In this document: positions 46,282 to 55,128 of the stretch, piece after piece
Position numbering within the stretch: the first letter of the stretch is position 1
How the letters are laid out: each line of letters opens with the position of its first letter
Assembly (NCBI GenBank): GCA_017859335.1
Contig: JAFMNH010000002.1
Coordinates: forward strand, 1-58,903
Length of the DNA stretch: 58,903 nucleotides
Direction: 5' to 3'
From: Rhodothermales bacterium
GTDB taxonomy: Bacteria; Bacteroidota; Rhodothermia; Rhodothermales; UBA10348
The notes under the pieces: model-generated
Databases searched by the model: none
What the model saw: only the letters and a program-made list of their open reading frames with translations
What the model was told of the DNA's origin: nothing
Position numbers and translations under genes: made by a program

Positions 46282-46932
46282 TCAACAGACAAAGGCGAAC
46301 GGGTGGGAGGGCACCTGCGCCGGTGCCATCCAGGAGGCGGCACCAGACTGCCATTTCCAAGCAGCCCACGCGGCGCCGAAAGCGGCCAATTCATGATCGG
46401 AGAACTCCTGGTCCGGTAGTCCATCCATTCCGTTATCGGCCAGCCAGCCAGCAATGCGATTGCGTGCCGAGGCATCCTTTTTGACCATGGTCAGATCCTC
46501 GACTGGTGCACCTGCCAGGGCAAGCGAACCGAACGGGTGGACTTCGACGATGGCCGCGTCGGGTTGGTTGGCCGCGATCATGCGCGAGAGTGAGATACCC
46601 CGCAGGGTCAGGTACGCCATACGGGTCATGGTGGGGGTCATGACGGAGCCCGAGGGCATGCCTGCGCGCGTGAGGTGCTTGCGCAGCTCACGATCCCGGT
46701 CCCGGTCGCCGCCACCGTCCTGGTAGGAGAGCGGGGCATCCAGACCGACCGTCAGCGATGCGCCTCGCGATGCACCCTCGATGACATGCAGGATGTCGGC
46801 ATCGCCCAGCCACGACAGATGTCGACGATAGATGAGGGTATCACCGTACCGTTCGAATTCGGCACACGCCGTGTCGGCATGATTGGATGGGCCCGAGAGA
46901 TCCACGCCCATGATGATGGGGCGCGCTGTCAT
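46282..46932 (-). CDS. DUF429-like protein (predicted RNase H-fold)
   Basis: Trimmed to ATG 46932, which overlaps the upstream stop (ATGA). 216 aa. N-terminal IIMGVDLSGP.. and later VEVHPFGS blocks. Family call from memory, not verified. Confidence 0.45.
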   Translation of the reverse strand: MTARPIIMGVDLSGPSNHADTACAEFERYGDTLIYRRHLSWLGDADILHVIEGASRGASLTVGLDAPLSYQDGGGDRDRDRELRKHLTRAGMPSGSVMTPTMTRMAYLTLRGISLSRMIAANQPDAAIVEVHPFGSLALAGAPVEDLTMVKKDASARNRIAGWLADNGMDGLPDQEFSDHELAAFGAAWAAWKWQSGAASWMAPAQVPSHPFAFVC

Positions 46933-49388
46933 GCCGATTCCTCCATGGTGAAGAGGTTTTTCTGGACGCTTACCACCGGCAGGTCTGCCGTTCGTGAGCC
47001 CAGGATCCGCCCCGCAGCAGCGAGTCCACTCAGAAGGGCTGTCTCCACACCGCACATACGAGCCGCATCATCCCGTCCACAGGTCGCCCAATCTCCGCAG
47101 GTTGTAAGGCGCAGGTCGGCGTCTCTAAGGCACTCCTCAGCAGCGCCATGTGATGTCCGCGCAAATCGCCAGCGGTGGCTACGCAGGAAGACCGGCTTGG
47201 AGGGGGGGGCATCGATCATGTCCAGGAAAGCCCGGGTCATCTCTTCTGAAATCTCCTGGGCATCATGCTCAATTCGTGCAGCGGACCAGGCCTGTGAAGC
47301 GTGAAGTACCCAGGCATCGACGCCAGCACGTTCCGGCTTGACGTTGTTCCGGATGACGAGATCCAGTACGTCAGAGAGCTGGGAGGCGGCATCCCAATCG
47401 TTGGGCAGGGCTTTTTCGAAGGCCACCATCGTTGTCCAGACAGGCTTCATGTCCACGCTGGTCAACCCTTGCAGCAATCGGGGAGATACACCGGAGAGCA
47501 GCGCTGCGGCCTGTCGGGCTGGAATGGCGATGACCACTTCGTCGAAGGGACCGAATACCTCAGCCTCCTCTGAGATCAGGTGCCAGCCTTCCCCGGATTG
47601 GCGCAGCCGCTCAATGCGGGTCGAGCGGTGTATTTCCAGGTCGTTGGCCAGGTGGTGTGCCAGCGCCCTCATATCCGGGACGCCAGTCCATTGGTCATCG
47701 AAGTCATCCACATTGGAATCCGGATGAACCCGTGGTTTGAATCGACTGATCAGGCCCTGCCGGGCCCATGCCTGCGCCCAGGGTTTGAGGCGCGCGTCGG
47801 TGAAGCGAAGAAAGGGCGCTCCGTGATCGACGGCACCGCCATCGAAGAGACGCGTGGACGTTCTGCCGCCCGGACCCCGTCCCTTGTCAAATACCGAGAC
47901 GTTCATTCCATGGTCGGACAGGGTCCGGGCGGCAATCAAGCCGGCTGGCCCAGCCCCGATGACGCCAATGCGAAGCGCGCTCCCGCGGGCTGGTCGGGAA
48001 ACCAGTCGTTCGTACACAGGCATATCCACCCGCTGGGCATGGCGCTCGGATGAGCGGGGGCGAACCGTACCCAGGATGGGTTTCTCGGGAAAAAAGGGGC
48101 GATCAAGCAGGCCTAGGCACCACAGTATGCCACCATACGAGTTGGGGTCTGATCCATCGAGTGCGTACCTGTGGTTGAGGTCGATCAGCAGGTCGAGAGC
48201 CTCTTGGGGGCTGCGGGTCCACGAGAGGACTGCTTTACCCCAGGTCATACGAACGTTGTTGTGCAGCTCGCCATGGATCAGCAGGGATCGCTGTGCAGCG
48301 TTCCAAAGTGGGTCCTGCGTTTGCGAGCGTGCAAGCTGCTCCCAGTCGTAGAGGGCCGTCCGCTCGTCGGCTGCATGGTCGACCAGTGTCGCCCGCGCCC
48401 AATCAGGCAGGACGCTTATGGATTCGACTCCGTCCTTGTGCAGACACAGATTGAAGGCCAGCTCCCGCCATATCAACAGTTCATCCAGAAATTTCTCAGC
48501 GCCTGCGGACCCCTGGCGGGCAGCATCCCGCGCCACCCTGAAGACGGATATATGACCGTGGTGCAGGTATGCGCTCATGCGGCTGACGCCATGTTCTGCA
48601 GTAGGGTTATTCCGCTTTCGGGCGTACCCTTTGATTCCGCTCTCTAGAAAATACTCCCAGCGCTGCAAGGCCGCCGTGCTGCCCCCCCGGGTATGCGGAA
48701 CGGGCGCTACGGCGTGATCAATACGACAGCCTGCCACAAGCTCGTCGATAGGGATATCCCAATCCACTTCATTCCGTACATCACCGTCCCAACGCTTGGG
48801 CTGCACCGTGCACTCAGGCCAATCCCGCTGGGCGCGCTGCAGGGCCTCATCCCCCATTCGGTTGCGGAAATGATAGGCCCGCGCATACCCCTTGCCGATG
48901 CTTCGCATGGGCACGATGCACGAGGCATCGACCACGATCCAGGGCGGGACGGAATCGGCAATGAGTCTGGACTGCCACGCCGGAAAAGGGGGGGCGGGGT
49001 AGTCCTCGGTGATGACTACGCTGGCTTTCTCTATCAATCCGGGCAGTGGACCGGATGCCGATGGATCGGTTGCCAGGTGGAAGGCATGCCGGATGCCACG
49101 TTGCGCCAGGGCCTTGTGCACGTCGCGCGCTCCTTCCAGGATGAAGGTGTGGTGACGATCGTTGTTGTACGGGTGTCTTCCAGCGAGTCCTTGATATACA
49201 AGCAGCGGCATATCCATATGCGCCGCTGTGTGGCAGGCGACATCCAGCGCCGGGTTTTCATCTGCTCGAACGGCATGATGCATCCAGTAGAGGACGAAGC
49301 CTCCATCTTCGGGTAGATCACGCTCAGCGGGCACATGACACCGCTCTCGAAGATGGGGAGGCAGGGCTGTGACGGCATCGAAAGGCAT
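46929..49388 (-). CDS. fusion protein: class II-type deoxyribodipyrimidine photolyase domain plus C-terminal NAD/FAD-dependent (renalase/amine oxidase-like) oxidoreductase domain
   Basis: Track start 49442 is TTG, so ATG 49388 is used. The N-terminal half has FVLYWMHHAVRADENPAL, KFLDELLIWRELAFN, NNVRMTWGK and DGSDPNSYGGILWC. The C-terminal half starts RIGVIGAGPAGLIAARTL..VFDKGRGPGGR. Confidence 0.8.
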   Translation of the reverse strand: MPFDAVTALPPHLRERCHVPAERDLPEDGGFVLYWMHHAVRADENPALDVACHTAAHMDMPLLVYQGLAGRHPYNNDRHHTFILEGARDVHKALAQRGIRHAFHLATDPSASGPLPGLIEKASVVITEDYPAPPFPAWQSRLIADSVPPWIVVDASCIVPMRSIGKGYARAYHFRNRMGDEALQRAQRDWPECTVQPKRWDGDVRNEVDWDIPIDELVAGCRIDHAVAPVPHTRGGSTAALQRWEYFLESGIKGYARKRNNPTAEHGVSRMSAYLHHGHISVFRVARDAARQGSAGAEKFLDELLIWRELAFNLCLHKDGVESISVLPDWARATLVDHAADERTALYDWEQLARSQTQDPLWNAAQRSLLIHGELHNNVRMTWGKAVLSWTRSPQEALDLLIDLNHRYALDGSDPNSYGGILWCLGLLDRPFFPEKPILGTVRPRSSERHAQRVDMPVYERLVSRPARGSALRIGVIGAGPAGLIAARTLSDHGMNVSVFDKGRGPGGRTSTRLFDGGAVDHGAPFLRFTDARLKPWAQAWARQGLISRFKPRVHPDSNVDDFDDQWTGVPDMRALAHHLANDLEIHRSTRIERLRQSGEGWHLISEEAEVFGPFDEVVIAIPARQAAALLSGVSPRLLQGLTSVDMKPVWTTMVAFEKALPNDWDAASQLSDVLDLVIRNNVKPERAGVDAWVLHASQAWSAARIEHDAQEISEEMTRAFLDMIDAPPSKPVFLRSHRWRFARTSHGAAEECLRDADLRLTTCGDWATCGRDDAARMCGVETALLSGLAAAGRILGSRTADLPVVSVQKNLFTMEESA

Positions 49389-49640
49389 GGCGGGGAGACC
49401 GTGGGAATTTGGATATGGAACACCGTATCCGGTGCACTGCAAGCATGTGCGGGAGGGGGTAAGCGCGTGCAGCCTTGGGTGTGGGTGGGTGGTTATCCGT
49501 TACCCGTAGGACCAGGTGGCGATGGGAAGATCGGTCGACGCAGTAACCAGGACTCAATTGAAAGCACAAAGCAGTCCGCGAGAATGCAATCGTATCCTTC
49601 ATCGGTCGTCCAACCAGGTCGACCACAGTCCTGAGCCGTC

Positions 49641-50351
49641 ATGAGCGAGCAGAGCAATATCGATTTTGGTGCCGTCGGTGGCGATGGGCATGGAACACCC
49701 CCCGCCATCTCAACCAACCATCCTGCCCACCCGCATCTGGATGACGACGATGATGGTATCACTTCAGCGCGTTATCGTCGTATCGATAGCTACGATGCGT
49801 CATCAACCGCGGCCATTGCGGCCAATGTGCGCAGTATCCTGACCCACATCGGGGAAGATCCCGAGCGCGAAGGACTGGTCAAAACGCCCGAACGTGTTGC
49901 CAAAGCCCATCAGTACCTGACGCATGGCTACACGCTCGACCCCAGGGACATCCTTTCCAAGGCGCTTTTCAAGGAAGAGTATGATGAGATGATCCTGGTC
50001 AAGGACATCGAACTGTATTCGCTGTGCGAGCATCATATGGTTCCCTTTTTCGGGAAGGCGCACGTGGCGTACATACCCGACGGTCAGATCGTGGGTTTGT
50101 CCAAGATTCCTCGGGTGGTGGATGTTTTTTCGCGGCGACTCCAGGTTCAAGAGCGCTTGACGATGCAGATCCGCGATGCCATAAATGAGGTTCTGCAGCC
50201 CAAAGGCGTAGCTGTGGTCATCGAAGCTACCCACATGTGCATGGTCATGCGGGGTGTACAGAAGCAGCACTCTTCGACAACAACGTCTGCGGTTACCGGG
50301 GCGTTCGAAGATGAGCGCACACGCGCTGAGTTCATGCGACTGATCGGATAA
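49641..50351 (+). CDS. folE: GTP cyclohydrolase I
   Basis: 236 aa. [31 protein letters not shown] and [12 protein letters not shown]. Has an N-terminal ~50-aa acidic/His-rich extension. Confidence 0.9.
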   Translation: MSEQSNIDFGAVGGDGHGTPPAISTNHPAHPHLDDDDDGITSARYRRIDSYDASSTAAIAANVRSILTHIGEDPEREGLVKTPERVAKAHQYLTHGYTLDPRDILSKALFKEEYDEMILVKDIELYSLCEHHMVPFFGKAHVAYIPDGQIVGLSKIPRVVDVFSRRLQVQERLTMQIRDAINEVLQPKGVAVVIEATHMCMVMRGVQKQHSSTTTSAVTGAFEDERTRAEFMRLIG

Positions 50352-52577
50352 TCACCGATGTCGCTCGAGCGTCGCGGAAATCGTCGAAAAACCGTTGATC
50401 TCGAAGTGCTCGATGCGCAGATCGTGTTGGCCATCGAGTTCGAGGTCGATCTGCTCCAGCTTCGGAGGATGGTAGGTCCAATCGTCGTGGATGAGTTGCC
50501 CGTCCAGCCATACCCGCACGCCATCGTCGCTGGTCAGATCCAAGCGGTATCGTCCCTCGGGTACGTTGATGGAGCCGGTTGAGACCGTGGCAAAGTGATC
50601 CCGTCCCAATCCCGGAGCGGGCTCGCCGTACCATTGGTACCCCAGATCGGTGGTCGTTTCGGTGTAGACCGGTTCGCCCTCAATCAGTGCGCGAAAGGCG
50701 TCGTACTGCTCTCGGGGATCGGTCTCTTCCGTGTAGTTGAACATGGAAATCGTCCATTCAATGGGCACGAAGAAGTACGTATACCCGAATTCGAAGGACT
50801 GACCGGCAGGCGTCACATGGCCGAACCGGTCCGTGACCTCTTCTCCGACGAAGGCAAGCCGGATCTGGATGTCCACCACATCCTCCTCGGTGCGGCGCAC
50901 GGCGAGGCGACCCGGGACCTCACCCGATTCGGCGGACATCCAGGCCACACCGCTGGTCTCTACTACGCGCCATGAACCCGCCGGCCCGACCAGTTCGAAA
51001 TCCTGTTCTACCTGCTTGCGGGGCGAGCGTGGCCACAGTACGGGAGAGCGGAAATCCACGGGTCCCCACTCATCAACCAGGATGTATTCGCGGGTTTGGG
51101 GCGCATACTCGGGCATGCGGACCGGCTGCGCATCGGGCATCGGCATGGGCGGGACGGCTGGCATGGAGCTACCTTCCCGCTCCAGTTCCACTCCGAACAG
51201 GCCGTCGTTCCAACCGCCCAAGGAGCGGCCTACAGGCAGGTCGGCACCATTTTCGTAATAAGGGAAGGCGTTTCCGCCCACCTGCACACCGGTGCCGTCA
51301 ACGAGCTCGATCTCACTGAAATGCGCAAACGTATTCGCCCGGACCATGACGCTGTCGGTGACTCGGACCTGCAAGGGCTTGTCCACACCCTTGAATGTGT
51401 TGCCCAGGATGCGATAGTCCTGGCTGAGCACGTCCCGGTTTTCCGAGTAGCCCCAGTCGGCAGGCTGGTCCGCCCGTTCCCAGGCGTAGATCCCCAGGTT
51501 TCCGCCAGAGAATTGGTTTCCGTCAATGGCAATATCCTGGCCGTGCTCGATGGCAATGTGTTCGTCGTTGTCCTCGAATACGTTGTCCAGGATGACCGTG
51601 TCGTAGGAATACCCGCCCCAGATACCGTGCCAGCACCCGCGAATAACGTTCTTCTCGATATGGTTGCGGCTGAACGTGACTTCGATGCCGTTGGTAGGGG
51701 CATAGGAAAAATCATTCGCGTAGATCAGGTTGTCGTTGCAGCCCCCTTCGCCTGTATCCATGGTCGTCTGCCCGGCCCACAGAAACAGCCCATCCCCCGA
51801 GTGCGTGGCTGAGTTGTATGCGAACACGTTGTTCGAGGACTGCTCGTAAAGCAGGATGGCCGCTGAGTCCTGTCCCCGATTGTACACGCCGTGGGAATAG
51901 CCGCGGACATTGAAATCCAGCTTGTTGTGCATGACCGTGTTGCGGCTTGAGCGATACATGCCGATGCCGAGCGAAGAGTTGAACGAGATGTCGTTGTTGT
52001 AGAACAGCCCGTCGTTGACCTCGGTCATCAGGATGCCGTTCTGCCCACCTGTCACTCGGACATGGTCTACTTGCGCACCGTCAGCGCGTCGCAGGTAGAT
52101 GGCAGCTCCGTAGCGCATCCACTCGTCATGTTCATTCTGGTGATAGGACATCCAGTCGTCCAGGTGCTCCCGCTCGATGATGGATTTGAGCCGCTGTCGC
52201 CAATTGTAGGAGAAGTCCGAGGCCGTGATGCGGATACCCGGCGTGTCCGTTGCCCAGAGGCCCAGTTTGTAGCCCTTGACGACGGCGTTTCGGATCATGA
52301 TGCCGCTGCCTTTCTCCACCCGGATGCCCGTGCCCGCAAAGGTATCCGGTGCTCGTCCGGGCTGCCCTCCGTCCAGGATCGCGCCGTTGAAGTCGATTTC
52401 GATATCGTCTCCCCGGATGATGATGGCGCCCGTGGAGTCGGCCGGGATGCGGTAGTGTCCGGGCGTGATGGTGACCGATTCCGTTATGACCATGCCCGGT
52501 TCAAGGGCGATGGTGCTCTGGGCGTTTGCGGATGCGGCCACGAGTAGGGCCAGAATGAAGGGCGCGCAGCGGGACAT
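50352..52577 (-). CDS. secreted right-handed parallel beta-helix repeat protein with C-terminal PA14-like domain
   Basis: 741 aa. Signal peptide MSRCAPFILALLVAASANAQ. Repeated N-x-I/V-x-x-N beta-helix rungs. The C-terminal GRYRLDLTSDDGVRVWLDGQLIHDDW is PA14-like. Confidence 0.7.
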   Translation of the reverse strand: MSRCAPFILALLVAASANAQSTIALEPGMVITESVTITPGHYRIPADSTGAIIIRGDDIEIDFNGAILDGGQPGRAPDTFAGTGIRVEKGSGIMIRNAVVKGYKLGLWATDTPGIRITASDFSYNWRQRLKSIIEREHLDDWMSYHQNEHDEWMRYGAAIYLRRADGAQVDHVRVTGGQNGILMTEVNDGLFYNNDISFNSSLGIGMYRSSRNTVMHNKLDFNVRGYSHGVYNRGQDSAAILLYEQSSNNVFAYNSATHSGDGLFLWAGQTTMDTGEGGCNDNLIYANDFSYAPTNGIEVTFSRNHIEKNVIRGCWHGIWGGYSYDTVILDNVFEDNDEHIAIEHGQDIAIDGNQFSGGNLGIYAWERADQPADWGYSENRDVLSQDYRILGNTFKGVDKPLQVRVTDSVMVRANTFAHFSEIELVDGTGVQVGGNAFPYYENGADLPVGRSLGGWNDGLFGVELEREGSSMPAVPPMPMPDAQPVRMPEYAPQTREYILVDEWGPVDFRSPVLWPRSPRKQVEQDFELVGPAGSWRVVETSGVAWMSAESGEVPGRLAVRRTEEDVVDIQIRLAFVGEEVTDRFGHVTPAGQSFEFGYTYFFVPIEWTISMFNYTEETDPREQYDAFRALIEGEPVYTETTTDLGYQWYGEPAPGLGRDHFATVSTGSINVPEGRYRLDLTSDDGVRVWLDGQLIHDDWTYHPPKLEQIDLELDGQHDLRIEHFEINGFSTISATLERHR

Positions 52578-52682
52578 GTATGACCGTGGTCGTGATGGGA
52601 AACGTTACATCAGGTTCGACGATCAGGTGGACCATCGCCCCTTTTCTCTTGGTTGGAGCAGTCGGTCCTGCTCAGTAAGCGC

Positions 52683-54149
52683 CTATTCCTTGTTCCAGTC
52701 CGGATTGGGTTGGGGCATGTTGGCCTCGACATCCAATCGCCACGCATCCAGCAAGGTGCGGAGCTCCGTGGTCACATCCGGTCGCTCGGATGAAAGATCG
52801 TTCCGTTCGGCGGGATCGTTCTCCAGGTCGTAGAGCTCGACATCGCCCGTTTCAAACCATTCAACCAACTTGTACTGCCCGTCGATGACAGCGCCGCCCG
52901 GGCGGTTGCCCGATCCGTGGTAGTGCGGGAAGTGGAAGAAGAGGGGACGATCGGCCTGTCCGGGGCGGGCCAGGCTGCGGCCATCCACATCCGGTACATC
53001 CAATCCCGCCAGGTCAAGTAGCGTTGGCGTAACGTCGATCGTAGAGGCCGCATCGGTTCGCAAGCCAGCGGCAGGTGATCGGGGATCATGAACGATGAAG
53101 GGAATCCGGATGCCACCCTCGTACAGATATCCCTTACCGGCTCGAAGCGGACGGTTGGAGGTGGGTCCACTCGTACGTCCCTGCATGAGCGTTGACAGTC
53201 CCCCGTTGTCGGATACGAAGGCCACGATGGTCCGCTGGTCCACACCGTTTTCGACGAGGGACTGCATCAGACGTTGGATACTTTGATCGGTACTGGTCAT
53301 CATGGCCGCGTAATCGGCACGGTCCTGACATGTCCGGGTCGAGGACCATTCGGGATCATCCTCGAACGGCGCCTCCGGACAGGGCGGGTCGGCGTCGAGG
53401 CGGGCCTGCTCCGCCGCCACCATGTCCTCCGGCGCTTGGATGGGGGTGTGCACGGCATAGTGGGACAGCACGAGGAAGAAGGGTTCTTCGGCGTGCTCAT
53501 CGATGAAGCCGATGGCCTCATCTGTCAACCGGTCTGTCAGGTATTCGCCCTGTGCTCCGTCCTCAAGATCCGGAACGTCCCACGGGGAGCCACCCTCCCG
53601 CTCGTATGGCCAGAAAAAGGATGCCGGATGACCGGCTGCATGACCTCCCACGTTGACATCGAAACCCTGATCCTGGGGAAAGAACCCCTCGTCTCCGAGG
53701 TGCCATTTTCCGACAAAGCCGGTTGCATAGCCTGCCGCCTTGAAGTGCTCGGCAACCGTAGTCTCCTCCAGAGGCAACTGCCATTCGTAGTCAGCCTGCA
53801 GCAGCTGACCTTTCTGCTGACCCCCGATCCAGTTCGTGATGTTGAGGCGCGCCGGGTGTTTTCCTGTCATCAGGGCAGCCCGCGTCGGTGAGCACACGGG
53901 GCTGTCCGCGTAGAAGCGGGTGAAGCGGATTCCGGTTTCTGCCAGGCGATCGATGGCGGGTGTCTGGTAGGCCTCGCTGCCGGCGATACTGAGATCTTTC
54001 CAGCCCAGGTCGTCGATGATGACAAGGACCACGTTGGGTTTCGGCGCAGGCGAGCAGGAGGGGAGGGCAAGAAGCAGGAGAAGCGGAATCAGGCGGTACA
54101 TGGTGGGAAGGGAAAAGCGTTTCGACCGGGGGGCCAGGGTAGGGGTCAT
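52683..54149 (-). CDS. arylsulfatase-family sulfatase (Cys-type, formylglycine-dependent)
   Basis: 488 aa. NVVLVIIDDLGWKDL and SPVCSPTRAALMTGKHP (CxPxR). ATG 54149 overlaps the Rrf2 stop (ATGA). ATG 54101 is an alternative start. Confidence 0.9.
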   Translation of the reverse strand: MTPTLAPRSKRFSLPTMYRLIPLLLLLALPSCSPAPKPNVVLVIIDDLGWKDLSIAGSEAYQTPAIDRLAETGIRFTRFYADSPVCSPTRAALMTGKHPARLNITNWIGGQQKGQLLQADYEWQLPLEETTVAEHFKAAGYATGFVGKWHLGDEGFFPQDQGFDVNVGGHAAGHPASFFWPYEREGGSPWDVPDLEDGAQGEYLTDRLTDEAIGFIDEHAEEPFFLVLSHYAVHTPIQAPEDMVAAEQARLDADPPCPEAPFEDDPEWSSTRTCQDRADYAAMMTSTDQSIQRLMQSLVENGVDQRTIVAFVSDNGGLSTLMQGRTSGPTSNRPLRAGKGYLYEGGIRIPFIVHDPRSPAAGLRTDAASTIDVTPTLLDLAGLDVPDVDGRSLARPGQADRPLFFHFPHYHGSGNRPGGAVIDGQYKLVEWFETGDVELYDLENDPAERNDLSSERPDVTTELRTLLDAWRLDVEANMPQPNPDWNKE

Positions 54150-54661
54150 GATGGCAAAGGTACCAGTCTGCCACGTTCAATGCGGTATCCCGATCGGATC
54201 TCCTCCTCACTTCGACCCTGTGCCATCAAGCGAGCCAGGTCTGCTCGCAGGGTGGCAGCGTGCATGACATCTTGCAGTGTGACACGATCCATCTCGGTAA
54301 TCAGCGCGTTGTGAAGCTCTCGGCGTTGGGCCTTGATGGCCGCAAGTGCGGCTTCCGCCATGACGTCTGGCTCCGGCCACTCCGGCAGGGAATGCGTATC
54401 GAAGGTCATATCGGCCTCGGCGAGATCAATCACCTGTCCAAGCGTGATCTCATCCGGATCAGTGGCCAGGGACACGCCGCCCCCCGCGCCTCGGCGCGTG
54501 TGTACGAGTCCGGCCTGCGCAAGATGGGAAATGATGCGTCGCAGCACGACCGGATTGGTCCCCAACCGGGTGGCCAATGATCGGGAGGTGTGCTCCTGTT
54601 GCGTTTCGGCTGCAAGCAGGATCAGGATGTGGAGCGTGGTTGCGTATCGGGTTGAGGCCAT
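54146..54661 (-). CDS. Rrf2 family transcriptional regulator (cysteine-free)
   Basis: 171 aa. YATTLHILILLA..SRSLATRLGTNPVVLRRIISHLAQAGLVHTRRGAGGG. No Cys residues, so no Fe-S ligands. Confidence 0.85.
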   Translation of the reverse strand: MASTRYATTLHILILLAAETQQEHTSRSLATRLGTNPVVLRRIISHLAQAGLVHTRRGAGGGVSLATDPDEITLGQVIDLAEADMTFDTHSLPEWPEPDVMAEAALAAIKAQRRELHNALITEMDRVTLQDVMHAATLRADLARLMAQGRSEEEIRSGYRIERGRLVPLPS

Positions 54662-54716
54662 GGGGTAATGTAACTATGAAAGTTACATTTACAACAAACA
54701 TACCGAACGCCAAGGC

Positions 54717-54989
54717 TCAGTTTGCAAACAACCGAGGGCGGTCCTCGTCGATGATCTCGATGTCCTGCACAGCAAACCAGGACTCGCCCTCCATGCCTGC
54801 GCTGTTCTTGTAGGGCGTTTCGGGATCACCCGTATCAATATCCACGACCAGGACAAGATCTTTCTTCATTCCGTCGGCTACCTCCACCCCTTCGGCCACG
54901 TCGGCCACCCGGCCGGTGATACTGCCGACAGCGGTTCCGTCCCGGCTGTAGAGATGGACGCGAACCTGTTTTCCTATGAAGTGATACAT
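54717..54989 (-). CDS. hypothetical small acidic protein (90 aa)
   Basis: Clean ATG ORF upstream of and co-oriented with the Rrf2 gene. No motif recognised. Confidence 0.45.
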   Translation of the reverse strand: MYHFIGKQVRVHLYSRDGTAVGSITGRVADVAEGVEVADGMKKDLVLVVDIDTGDPETPYKNSAGMEGESWFAVQDIEIIDEDRPRLFAN

Positions 54990-55128
54990 GGGAGTCGTAG
55001 TAGTAGCGCGGTAGGGCGCAGGAGATCGGTATGAAGTTCATGCAGGATTCGGAGTCCGGACCATGGGACATCCTATCTTGGGATGCCGACCTCGTGGGGC
55101 ACTTCGCAGAGAGCCCGGTATCTGTCGC

